Shown in pieces: positions 40,691 through 50,297 of a stretch of 64,000 nt of DNA (position 1 is the first letter of the stretch; every line of letters begins with the position of its first letter). The position numbers were made by a program, and so were the translations under genes. The notes under the pieces are model-generated. The model saw only the letters and a program-made list of their open reading frames with translations, did not search any database and was not told the DNA's origin. The stretch is from contig CAWVVV010000001.1 of the NCBI GenBank assembly GCA_963933835.1, positions 160,001-224,000 of the forward strand. Direction: 5' to 3'. Source of the stretch: an uncultured Puniceicoccaceae bacterium. Its GTDB lineage: Bacteria; Verrucomicrobiota; Verrucomicrobiia; Opitutales; Oceanipulchritudinaceae.

Positions 40691-42838
40691 TCACTGTTCG
40701 ACAAATGAACGATAACGTTTCCGCCATTCTTTGAGTTTCTTTAGATATGCCCCAGGATCGTAGGGGCACGTCACCGGATCGAAATGTTCGAGCGGATGGG
40801 CTCGCTGCCAGTCAGCTGTCTGTCCCTTGGATCTTGGCCCGATGAAGTAGCTCACCTTGTCGCCTGATCGAGGGGTGGGTTCAATCTTGAGCGCCACTTC
40901 GAGCGACGCCCGGCGCGGCTTTCCACCTGCCGCAATCTTCTCAGCATAAGCACTTGGGTTCATACTCAGGTATTCGCTCTTAAGAAGGCGCACCACCGGC
41001 ATCGAGCTCTCTTCAATCTGCTCAGCAAAGCGCTGCCAACACGTCAGCACTGGTTCATCCTCTAACCCTAGAAGGTGCGAAATCAAGTGGTGCGTAAGAT
41101 CCTTCAGAAACGGCTCCGTTGCCCGTGATCGCAGCGCCGAACCTCTTACCCGAATCTGGTCTCCCTCACGCAGAGCATAGTTCTTCGCCTTGTAGCAAAA
41201 CATCCGCTCATAGCGGCCATCGAATTCCAGTTCGATCCCTTCGGGCAGGGTCGCTTGCGCAGCCGCTAGAAGCAACTTTGGTGCCTCGAAGTCATCGCCC
41301 GCCTGCACATAGAGCCCATCTGTGTCAGCCTCTAGGACGGAGTGGCCGTTCTCCTCAAACCAAGCAATGAGTCCCTGAAGAAGCTCCCGACCACGCAACG
41401 TCACCTCGGCCGCAAGATCTCCGTCCGCAAAACGTGCGCCTGCAAACCCCAGATACCCATAGAATGAATTGATCAGGATCTTAAAACTGTTTTGGCGCGC
41501 ATCAAACTCAGCTTTCACCGCAGGATCCGTCGCTGTCCGTGCCTTCTCCTTATACTCTAGGCGATAAGCTCGCAGCTCTTTGAGCAAAGGAATCATCGCC
41601 CCAAGACTGTCATTCACTGGGTCACGGCCGATCTGGATAAGCAGGCTCGGGTAGAGTGATGCAACGTCGAAGTGTAGGACATTTTCGAATACACCTTCGC
41701 CAAACGATTTTGAAAATCCTCCAGCAAACGGAGCTACCCCGCCCGGGATTGAGAGCGCAGCTTCACCACGGAAATACTTCTCCACCATGAGGAGATCTAC
41801 CTTTGCACCGGTACCGCGCAGCAAGGCTTCTTGGAGCAAAATCGGAAAACTCTGACACTGAGCAACGTAGGTCGGAAGAAGACGGTCTGCGAGACCGGCA
41901 GTCTCACGTAGGTCATCGGCAAGGTAACGATCAAAAGCCTCTGGGTCTTCGCGGAAGGCATCCTGGATTTTGTCTCCCGGTAGATAGGTGCGATCATCAC
42001 TCTCCGTCGTGATACCAAAATACTGAGCGGCCACCTTTAGACCATAGCTCGGCAGATCGCGCTTAGACACGTCCCAGAGCTGAAGGGCCATGAGCGTATC
42101 GACAACAGTGCGCCCTGGTATGTCGCAGCGCAAAAAATCAAGCTGTCGCTCCGCAACGCGCTGGCGACTGGATCGAAAGCGCGCGAGCTCGCCCTCACGC
42201 CCCCACGCCATTTTCACCCGGTAGCGCCGGCAGCGGGTGCGGAGATATGCCAAGTCGAAGTTAAAGATATTATGCCCCTCGATCGTGTCTGGGTCTGCCT
42301 CTTGCAGAGCCACGTCCAAGTCCTTGAGCAAGTTGAGCTCGGCAGCATCACTCTCCTCTTCTAGACGTAGAATCCGCGGCGACTCTTCATGCGAGAAACG
42401 TAGTCCAATCGCTAATACACGATCGCCCGGTCGAGTGGCATCAGGAAAATTATACGGAGGTGTTGTCGCGACTTCGATATCGAGTTGGCACCGACGCAGT
42501 TCAGAAAAGCGCATGCCGCCAAAGAGCCTCTCTCCGGAGCGTAGGAGCCATTGCTGTTCGAGCGGTTTGACCACCTCGCCAGAGCGCCCAACCGCCTTAA
42601 TCCCTTCTTTCGCCTCCGCGACGGACGAAAAATCAACGCGGCTATCGAGCTCGCCCTCGCCTGCCAAGGGCACCGCGTTCCCGGGTATCTCGGCCGCGAG
42701 TTCAGATGCGCACCAGAGAAAGGGTCTAAAGGCTGCCGTCTCAATCGACGTCGCTCCAGCGCATTCACCACGCCGAGCGACCTTCATCTGGTCGTCACTA
42801 TCAATCCATAGGCCAACGATTGGAGCCGATTCACTCAT
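40691..42838 (-). CDS. polB: Family B DNA polymerase with 3'-5' exonuclease
   Basis: LDIE, GHNIFNFD, YLADD; FDVASLYPS, KILINSFYGY, ADTDG. Confidence 0.9.
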   Translation of the reverse strand: MSESAPIVGLWIDSDDQMKVARRGECAGATSIETAAFRPFLWCASELAAEIPGNAVPLAGEGELDSRVDFSSVAEAKEGIKAVGRSGEVVKPLEQQWLLRSGERLFGGMRFSELRRCQLDIEVATTPPYNFPDATRPGDRVLAIGLRFSHEESPRILRLEEESDAAELNLLKDLDVALQEADPDTIEGHNIFNFDLAYLRTRCRRYRVKMAWGREGELARFRSSRQRVAERQLDFLRCDIPGRTVVDTLMALQLWDVSKRDLPSYGLKVAAQYFGITTESDDRTYLPGDKIQDAFREDPEAFDRYLADDLRETAGLADRLLPTYVAQCQSFPILLQEALLRGTGAKVDLLMVEKYFRGEAALSIPGGVAPFAGGFSKSFGEGVFENVLHFDVASLYPSLLIQIGRDPVNDSLGAMIPLLKELRAYRLEYKEKARTATDPAVKAEFDARQNSFKILINSFYGYLGFAGARFADGDLAAEVTLRGRELLQGLIAWFEENGHSVLEADTDGLYVQAGDDFEAPKLLLAAAQATLPEGIELEFDGRYERMFCYKAKNYALREGDQIRVRGSALRSRATEPFLKDLTHHLISHLLGLEDEPVLTCWQRFAEQIEESSMPVVRLLKSEYLSMNPSAYAEKIAAGGKPRRASLEVALKIEPTPRSGDKVSYFIGPRSKGQTADWQRAHPLEHFDPVTCPYDPGAYLKKLKEWRKRYRSFVEQ

Positions 42839-42903
42839 CCTAAAAACCTACCGAATATTTGCCCTCACGCAACCGCCAAGACGGATCATTACCAACATAT
42901 TGA

Positions 42904-43443
42904 TCAAGATGAAACGTAGTCGCTAAACTCATACATTGCGGGGTCTCATTCGGGCGCTTGACGTTTTTTCAACCAGCGTGAGACGCGCTCCTTCGCTCCA
43001 CCTTCACCACTCTCTGCCCCATCCCCGAAGACATCATCTCCATCCCCGTCGAGGATGTCGCCATACTGTTCTTCGAGCTTCTCGGGATCTTCGCCTCGTT
43101 CAAGACGTTCGACCATCTCTCGCATTGGGCCCGGTAGCTTTTCGCCCGTTAGATCACTCATCCGGCGCATGAGCTGTCCGAGTTGGCGTGGATCTGGGTT
43201 CTCTTCGTCGATGCCTCCCATCTCACTTTCAAGTTGGGCCATCGCAGCCTCCATTTTCGGATCATCAGAGTCAGCGTCGCCCTCTTCTCGACCTGTCGTA
43301 ACAGCGAAACTTGAGACCTGGCGCTCCATGAGCGCCTTCGGGTCATCGGGGCAGCGTGGCGTCTTGTCGGTCGAGCTGAGACTACGAGCGAAGAAGCTGT
43401 AGATCTTGTGCGTATCAGGGGAGTAAAACTCGTAGATCGGCAT
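42904..43443 (-). CDS. FmdB-like zinc-ribbon regulatory protein, probable premature TGA at 42946-42948
   Basis: MPIYEF start, acidic helical domain; frame continues APE*DPAMYEFSDYVSS*. Confidence 0.65.
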
Positions 43444-43472
43444 GAGGCAATCGGAACGCTTTCGGACAGAAG

Positions 43473-43994
43473 CTAGCGCAACCCACCTTGTTGAAAAATC
43501 GTCGCAATAGGCAGGAAGAGCGCAATCACGATGGTCCCGACGATTACGGCAAGAAGGACGATCATGATGGGCTCAATCATGGCGGTCAGGCCGGAGACAG
43601 CTGTATCCAGTTCTTCCTCATAGGTATCAGCGATGCGCTCGCACATTTCACCGAGCTGACCCGTTTCTTCCCCTACCTCGACCATACTCGGAACAAAGGC
43701 GGGGAACACTCCGGAGCGCTCTAGCGGGCGGGCCAAGGTATCACCATCTTTGACTCGCTCACGGACGTCATCGAGCGCCCGTTGAACAACCGTCTGCCCG
43801 ACGACATCTCGCGATATTTGAAGCGCATCCAGAAGAGGCACCCCACTTTCGAAAAGCGTTCCAAAGGTGCGAGCAAAACGGCTCACGGCGAGTCGCTGGG
43901 AAAGTCCTTTGGCCAGCGGTAGACTAAAGACCAAGCGATCCCAAAGCTCCTTGCCGACTTTACTCCGAAGAAAGGACTGACCGCCGACAATCAA
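43473..43994 (-). pseudogene. C-terminal half of a PilC/GspF platform protein
   Basis: RFARTFGTL..SGVP, MVEVGEETG.L, IEP, IALFLP; in-frame TAG four codons upstream; first T2SSF domain absent. Confidence 0.8.
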
Positions 43995-43999
43995 CGCGA

Positions 44000-44686
44000 C
44001 TAAACTCTATAGGACAAATTCACCTTAAGCCCTAGGCTGTGCACAAGCCTCTCTAAGTCTTCGGCAAGTGGGATTGTCCAGCGTGTGCCTTTTATCCCAA
44101 CCACCGGAGGGATGCTCAACTGATAGGCATGCAAAGCGTGACGGGGATGCTCTGTGGAGGGTTCTGTGCGATACCATTTTTCTCCGACGACGGCATGTCC
44201 GAGATGGGAAAGATGGATACGGATTTGATGGGTACGGCCCGTGTGCAGGGTCGCACGCACAAGCGCATGACCCTGCGCGCGACCTATGACACAAAATGAT
44301 GTCCGTGCTTCTTTTCCGTCAGCACAAACGCCTAGATTATTCGGGCTCAACTCTCCGATTGGAAAGTCCGCTTCCATCGTCTCCCATTCAGGCTGCCCCT
44401 CTACGACGGCGAGATAGATCTTCTGCGTCTCTGGGGTACTCCAGCGAGCCTTGACCTTTTTCACCAGTGCTTTTGAGCGTGTAAACAAGCACACGCCGCT
44501 TGTGTCGGCGTCGAGTTGGTGGAGCGCCCAGACCATCGTTCCAAAGTGCTGGATGAGATGAGCCTGCACGCAGTTCTGATCGTCCAGCGTGAGGCCCGTC
44601 GTTGGGAGTCCCGGTGGCTTAGCGACAACAACGAGGTCGCCATCAAGCTGATGGATGAGGTCCGCTACGTTGTGACTACCGAGCAT
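44000..44686 (-). CDS. RluA-family pseudouridine synthase
   Basis: KPPGL, HQLDADTSG, KIYLAVV.G, TGRTHQIRIH, LHA. Confidence 0.9.
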   Translation of the reverse strand: MLGSHNVADLIHQLDGDLVVVAKPPGLPTTGLTLDDQNCVQAHLIQHFGTMVWALHQLDADTSGVCLFTRSKALVKKVKARWSTPETQKIYLAVVEGQPEWETMEADFPIGELSPNNLGVCADGKEARTSFCVIGRAQGHALVRATLHTGRTHQIRIHLSHLGHAVVGEKWYRTEPSTEHPRHALHAYQLSIPPVVGIKGTRWTIPLAEDLERLVHSLGLKVNLSYRV

Positions 44687-44962
44687 GGCTCAGTTGATCT
44701 CAACGCTGAACACGCACGTCAAGCGGATCGAAGAGAAAAGCGGCAGCCAAAAGCGCGAGCTATATACCCAGACCTACCGAATCCAGTAGCTCTGAGCTAT
44801 TCGACTCCAAAGCCGCACGCGCAAATTCGTTCGCAATATGTCCACAGGCAAGAATGCCCCATTGGGTTTTCCCATTCATCAATAAATTGCCAAAAGGCGG
44901 ATGCAGGAACGGGGGGCCTGCTTTCTAGCTGACAGCACCCACCATCCAAGAATGCTAGAGAA

Positions 44963-45199
44963 ATGAGCACGCACGAGAAAAAGTGGATCGCAGACTTACA
45001 ATCCAAGGGGGCCACCACTGCCGCACAAAAGGATGCTCTCGCTAAAATCGGCGACTATATGGAGGAATCTTTTATTCTCAACCTACCCCCTTCACAGGCT
45101 TTGCTCAAAGGCCTCAAAGCATTCGCGAAAAAACCCAAAACAGCCACCGCCCTGAAATCGGAAGCAAACCGACTGATCAAAGCCTACCAAACCCAGTAA
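44963..45199 (+). CDS. Small basic hypothetical protein
   Basis: 78-aa ATG ORF filling an intergenic gap, with helical composition. Confidence 0.45.
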   Translation: MSTHEKKWIADLQSKGATTAAQKDALAKIGDYMEESFILNLPPSQALLKGLKAFAKKPKTATALKSEANRLIKAYQTQ

Positions 45200-45309
45200 C
45201 GAGCGGCCTGATTTTTAGGATCGCCGAAAAGCTAAAATAGGCTATATCCCCTGCATACTGATAAATCTGTCCATTTGTCACACAGTAGCCCCAAACCCGC
45301 CATTTCACG

Positions 45310-46544
45310 ATGTTTTTACAAAATCCCCTCCCTGCCTTCCTGCGTCTTATGACCTCTTCCCAGGGTGTCGTCCTTGCAAGCATCTGCTTGCTCCCATGCC
45401 TGCTCAACGCGCAGTTCACGACGGCAAGCAACGCAACTGGGCTCACGATCACTAGTTACACCGCTGGGGGTGCTAACGTCGTCATCCCAGCCACAATCAA
45501 CGGGCAGGCGGTGACGGGAATCGGAGGAGACGCCTTCCGGGAGAATTTAAATATTACGAGCGTTACCATTCCCAATTCAGTCACTTCTATTGGGGTCCAA
45601 GCCTTTTTATTCTGCAGCAATCTTGGCAGTGTCACGATTGGTAATAGCGTCGAATCAATCGGCAGTGCGGCGTTTTTAGGCTGCACCAGCCTGAATAATG
45701 CAGTGCTTCAAATAGCCTAATAACGATCGGCGACCTCGCTTTCCGTGAGTGTTCCAGCCTAACGAGTATCGTCATACCAAACAGCGTTACGACAATGGGA
45801 GATCAAGTATTCTCCACGTGTAGTAATCTCGCCACCGTAGTTATCGGTGATAAGGTCGAAAGCATTGGCGAGTTTGCTTTTCATAGCTGTGTCAACATGA
45901 GCTCGGTCACCTTCGGCAGCAGCATCACAAGTATCGGTAAACTTGATTTCTTCGACTGCGATTCACTCACTGTCGTAGCGCTCCCAGATAGTGTCACCTC
46001 GATCGGTGAAAGCGCATTCAATGACTGCTCGAACCTCATCAATATCTCGACGGGTGAAAGTTTGGTCGATGTCGGTGATGCTGCCTTCAATCTTTGCACC
46101 CAACTTCAAACCGTCACATTTCCCGCCACCCTTGAGACGATCGGTGAATCTGCTTTCGCCTTCTGCGTGAATCTCGATAAAATTTATGCCGCCGGTAACG
46201 CTCCCGCTTTCAACGAATTCAACACCTTTGCTGGAGCGGAAGCCGCAACCGTCTACTACTTCGCCGACACGAGCGGCTGGGGACCACTCCTCGGCACCCT
46301 ATCGACGGAAGTGCTCCCAGAAATCGTCACCACCGATGGCAACTTCGGAGTGAGCAACAATGAGTTTGGCTTTACCGTTGTCGGGGATGCAGGACAGGAA
46401 GCAATCGTCCAAGTGAGCACAGACTTTGTCTCCACGAGCTGGGTCGAAGCAGGTCGGATCGTTTTAACGAATGGCTCCGGTTTCTTCGTTGATGCCAACT
46501 GGACCGCGCTGTCTGGCCGCTACTACCGCATTGTCTGGCCTTAA
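45310..46544 (+). pseudogene. BspA-type LRR_5 surface protein, frameshifted near 45709
   Basis: IP.SVTSIG..AF..C..L repeats continue across a 1-nt deletion (CTT CA AAT AGC CTA ATA ACG ATC GGC). Confidence 0.85.
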
Positions 46545-46570
46545 AGAGGGATCAGCGAGGTCTTAGGCAC

Positions 46571-47704
46571 TCAGCTAGAAGGCGTCTCATCGTCCTCTTC
46601 CCCAACATACATGCAGTCGCGATATTCATCAGCTGAATAGGCAGACTGTCCCCAGTGCCATGTATCCAAGTCATACCAATGCTCTGCGCCAATTGTCATA
46701 TCGAGGATATCGCCGGCCTTTAAGTCGATTTGCTCTGTGCGTAAGACACGATAGCCCCAATGGGGTGCTCGCCCCGAATCGATGGGACTCGTTGAGAGGA
46801 CGAGGTCCTCATCAACGATCGCTTTGAAATATACGGCATAGCCATCCATTCGGCCCGCTTTCACGACCGCTGAAGCTAGGCTCATTTCGAGCGGCAGCTC
46901 ATTCTCACGCAGCGTATGTAGATCGAAGCTGAGGAGTGGGACAGGATCGCAGAGAAAGTGCTCAATGAGAGACTGATCCGTCTCGGGAAACACGTAGTAG
47001 CCAGCATCTTGTGCCTGCTTATCTTTGAGCGGACTAAAATCGAAACCCTCGACGTTGAGCTCCCAGATATAGGGGACGACTCGGCTATCCCTAATTTGAA
47101 TCGGCTCACAGTAGAGCTCGAACCGGGCGGGTAAGATTCGACCACCCTCTTTGAGCAAGCGGTCGCGAAGATCCGTGACATTCGCCACCATATCCTCGTC
47201 AAAAAGGATGTCTCCCATCTGCTCGTGAAGGATGACGTCGACCCGCTCATCGAGCTTGAAGTCCTTACTGTGAATGTCGTGAAACTGAACCCCTTCGATA
47301 CCATTGTGCGCAGCGAGGGCTCTCGCGTGCTCGATGATATCAGAGTGATCTAGGGCGTGGATCTGCGATGCCTTTTGCCACGAAGCGAAGGCGGAGAGAA
47401 TACCTGTGCCCGTCCCCAGATCGATCACCCTGTCACCCTCATGAATGTGCCTCCGAATCATCTCCCGGTAGAAATTCATCCGCGGTTTATCCGCTAGCAT
47501 CTGCTCCTGCTCACCAAACTGAGCAAAGACCCGCTTATTGTTCTCCGGATAGGGGTCTTTCTTTTTCGGAAGCTCTAAGAGGTCTTCCTCTTCGATATAG
47601 GCTCGGCGCTTCTTGGCCTTAAAGCCTTTCTTCTTTTCCCGAGCAAAGCCATCGGCCGCATTGGCCGAGTTTTTATCAGACTTCTTTTTAGATGAGTGCG
47701 CCAT
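46571..47704 (-). CDS. Protein arginine methyltransferase (PRMT)-like SAM-dependent methyltransferase
   Basis: EQMLAD..R...Y, VIDLGTGTGIL, VDVILHEQMGDILFDEDM (double-E loop), LKEGG.ILP, NVEGFDFS, STSP...PHW. Confidence 0.85.
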   Translation of the reverse strand: MAHSSKKKSDKNSANAADGFAREKKKGFKAKKRRAYIEEEDLLELPKKKDPYPENNKRVFAQFGEQEQMLADKPRMNFYREMIRRHIHEGDRVIDLGTGTGILSAFASWQKASQIHALDHSDIIEHARALAAHNGIEGVQFHDIHSKDFKLDERVDVILHEQMGDILFDEDMVANVTDLRDRLLKEGGRILPARFELYCEPIQIRDSRVVPYIWELNVEGFDFSPLKDKQAQDAGYYVFPETDQSLIEHFLCDPVPLLSFDLHTLRENELPLEMSLASAVVKAGRMDGYAVYFKAIVDEDLVLSTSPIDSGRAPHWGYRVLRTEQIDLKAGDILDMTIGAEHWYDLDTWHWGQSAYSADEYRDCMYVGEEDDETPSS

Positions 47705-47731
47705 GGATAAGGGTCTAAGTAATCGTATGAA

Positions 47732-48679
47732 TTAATTCACTACGTTCAGGACAGCTTCAATCTCGCTGCGCTTGGGCGCAGATAGTTGAGCACCGGGAAC
47801 CGTCACCGAGTGGGCGGCAGCAGCATTCGCAAAGCGGACGGCATCTTTCAAATCGCTTCCCTCCGCTAGGGCAACCGCGAGAGCCCCATTGAACACATCC
47901 CCTGCTGCCACTGTATCGACGGCGGCGACTGCAAATGCAGGGACTAGATAGCATCCATCAGCCTGCGACACGAAAGCCCCTTGATCACCAAGGGTAAGAA
48001 CGATCGTCTCGACGCCACGCTTTCGCAGGGCGGACGCAGCACGCTCGGCATCATCGACACTCTTAATAGCAATGCCTGTCAGCAGCTCCGCTTCGGTCTC
48101 GTTGGGGGTCAGGATCGAAACCATTCTCATCAACGAATCTGGGAGCGACTGGGCAGGCGCTGGGTTCAGGATAAGACGGACATTCTTCTCTCTCGCGAGT
48201 TCAGCAGCCGCCACAACGGTCTCTAGCGGCACCTCAAGCTGGAGAAGTAAAACGGAAGCCGTTTCAAACGCAGCAGCCGATGCGACCACATCGTCGGGTG
48301 AGAGCTGAGCATTCGCGCCGGACGCAACCCCGATTGAGTTTTCTCCCGTCTCTGCGACAAAGATCAGCCCGACACCTGTCGGTGTTTTAGAATCACGGAC
48401 AACAAATGATGTATCGATGTCGTCGGCCTTAAATCCTTCGAAGATTTCGTCACCATGGTGATCGGCTCCGAGACGCCCAACGAAAGTCAAATCCGCTCCA
48501 GCGCGCGCCGCCGCCACAGCTTGATTCGCACCCTTACCACCTGGACAGGTCAAGAATTCACCGCCTAAAATCGTCTCACCAACCTTCGGAATACGCTCGA
48601 GATAGATCGTCATATCCATTCCGGAACTCCCCACGACAAGGACCTTTGGTCTAGCTCCGTCAGAATGGCTCATGGGCAA
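47732..48679 (-). CDS. rbsK: Ribokinase
   Basis: GGKGANQAVAAAR, LNPAP, PNETE, DTVAAGDVFNG. Confidence 0.95.
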   Translation of the reverse strand: MPMSHSDGARPKVLVVGSSGMDMTIYLERIPKVGETILGGEFLTCPGGKGANQAVAAARAGADLTFVGRLGADHHGDEIFEGFKADDIDTSFVVRDSKTPTGVGLIFVAETGENSIGVASGANAQLSPDDVVASAAAFETASVLLLQLEVPLETVVAAAELAREKNVRLILNPAPAQSLPDSLMRMVSILTPNETEAELLTGIAIKSVDDAERAASALRKRGVETIVLTLGDQGAFVSQADGCYLVPAFAVAAVDTVAAGDVFNGALAVALAEGSDLKDAVRFANAAAAHSVTVPGAQLSAPKRSEIEAVLNVVN

Positions 48680-48745
48680 AAAGAAGTATCAATAAGCACA
48701 CTCCAGTCGACTTGAAAAGACTGCTCGTCGCGAAGATCGCAACGC

Positions 48746-49432
48746 CTATGCCTTATCCTGCTCCGGGGCAGAATCATTCCGAATATGGCGGGCATCTTCT
48801 GCTGTTTTGAAGTAGATCACTTCCTCGGCCAAGTTCGTCGAATGATCGGCAATGCGCTCGATAGACTTACTGATAAAGATGAGGTCGATACAGCTATCGA
48901 TATCGTCAGGGTCATTTTTCGCAGTTTCGATGATGGCGCGAATGTTTGCTTTGTTCAGTTTATCGACGGCAGCGTCTTCGTCGAGAATGGCACGTGCACC
49001 CTTAGCATCCTCATTGATGAAACAGAGGAGCGCACGATTGATCATGTCGAGCGCTTGATTCGACATCTTCTCGAGCTTGTAAAATTCCTTTTGGACACCC
49101 TTACGATTTAAGATGCGGCGGGTCTTTTTAGCGATGCTCTTAGCTTCATCTCCGACGCGTTCGAGGTCATGTGAGGCCTTAATCGCAACCGTAATGATCC
49201 GCAAATCTGAGGCTACCGGAGAGCGAAGCGTAAGGTATCGTGTCGCCTCCAAATCGATCGTGAGCTCGAGGTCATCGATTGCGTAGTCTGCAGCAATGAC
49301 GGCTTCTGATAGCATAATCTCATTTTCGAGAAAGCCTCTCATTGCCTTGCGCACGGCTTCAACGGCCAAAGAACCCATCAGGGTAATATGTGAGCGAAGG
49401 GTTTCTAGTTCAGAATGAAAATATCGATCCAC
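48746..49432 (-). CDS. phoU: Phosphate signalling protein PhoU
   Basis: PVASDLR, DLERVGD, ERIADH..N.AEEV. Confidence 0.95.
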   Translation of the reverse strand: MDRYFHSELETLRSHITLMGSLAVEAVRKAMRGFLENEIMLSEAVIAADYAIDDLELTIDLEATRYLTLRSPVASDLRIITVAIKASHDLERVGDEAKSIAKKTRRILNRKGVQKEFYKLEKMSNQALDMINRALLCFINEDAKGARAILDEDAAVDKLNKANIRAIIETAKNDPDDIDSCIDLIFISKSIERIADHSTNLAEEVIYFKTAEDARHIRNDSAPEQDKA

Positions 49433-49504
49433 GTTCTAAAGGGTATGAGTTAAACATGTATTAGGTCCAAGCCTAATTCTTTCGCACTTTAATGATGAAC
49501 ACAA

Positions 49505-50293
49505 TCAACCGAAACGCCCAGTGATGTAAGCCTCGGTCTGTGGTAACTTCGGTCTCATGAAAATATCATCCGTAGGTGAATATTCGATCAATTTGCCGAG
49601 ATAGAAAAAAGCCGTGTTTTGAGAGACCCGAGCAGCCTGCTGCATATTGTGGGTAACGATGACGATGGTGAACTGATTCTTAAGCTCATGTATCAGTTCT
49701 TCAATACGACCCGTCGCAATCGGATCGAGAGCTGAGCATGGCTCGTCCATGAGGATGACCTCTGGCTTATTCGCGATCGCCCGAGCGATACAGACTCGCT
49801 GCATCTGACCACCCGAGAGGCCGAGGGCACTTTGATGGAGGCGGTCCTTCACTTCATCCCAAAGAGCGGCTCCCCGCAGGCTTTCTTCGACGATGCGATC
49901 GAGGTCAGATTTTTTCGTGCGACCGGCGACGCGCAGTCCATAGACGACATTTTCATAAATCGACTTTGGAAATGGGTTCGACTTCTGAAAGACCATCCCA
50001 ATGCGCTTACGCAGCGAAATAACTTCCAAAAGTGGATTGAAAACACTTTCGCCATTGATCCGTATATCACCCTTTGAATTGGCTCCATCGATGAGGTCAT
50101 TCATACGGTTGATACTGCGCAAAAGAGTCGATTTTCCACAACCAGAGGGGCCAATGAAGGCCGTTACTTGCTCCTTTGGAATATCGAGGTTGATATCATA
50201 GAGAACTTGGTTCTGCCCATAGGAGAAATCGAAGTTCTCGATTTGGATGAACGTCTCCGAGTCTGAAGCGGTATTTGAGGAAGTCGGTTCCAT
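49505..50293 (-). CDS. pstB: Phosphate ABC transporter ATPase
   Basis: [40 protein letters not shown]. Confidence 0.97.
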   Translation of the reverse strand: MEPTSSNTASDSETFIQIENFDFSYGQNQVLYDINLDIPKEQVTAFIGPSGCGKSTLLRSINRMNDLIDGANSKGDIRINGESVFNPLLEVISLRKRIGMVFQKSNPFPKSIYENVVYGLRVAGRTKKSDLDRIVEESLRGAALWDEVKDRLHQSALGLSGGQMQRVCIARAIANKPEVILMDEPCSALDPIATGRIEELIHELKNQFTIVIVTHNMQQAARVSQNTAFFYLGKLIEYSPTDDIFMRPKLPQTEAYITGRFG

Positions 50294-50297
50294 GATA

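Noticed and set aside
28526..42948. TGA recoding (Gly/Trp/Sec) suggested by three in-frame TGAs
   Set aside because: Intact genes such as recJ, nif3, pstB and pstA end in TGA. The contexts imply different original residues (Gly in the MFS, Arg in the FmdB-like gene), and the MFS also has a frameshift.
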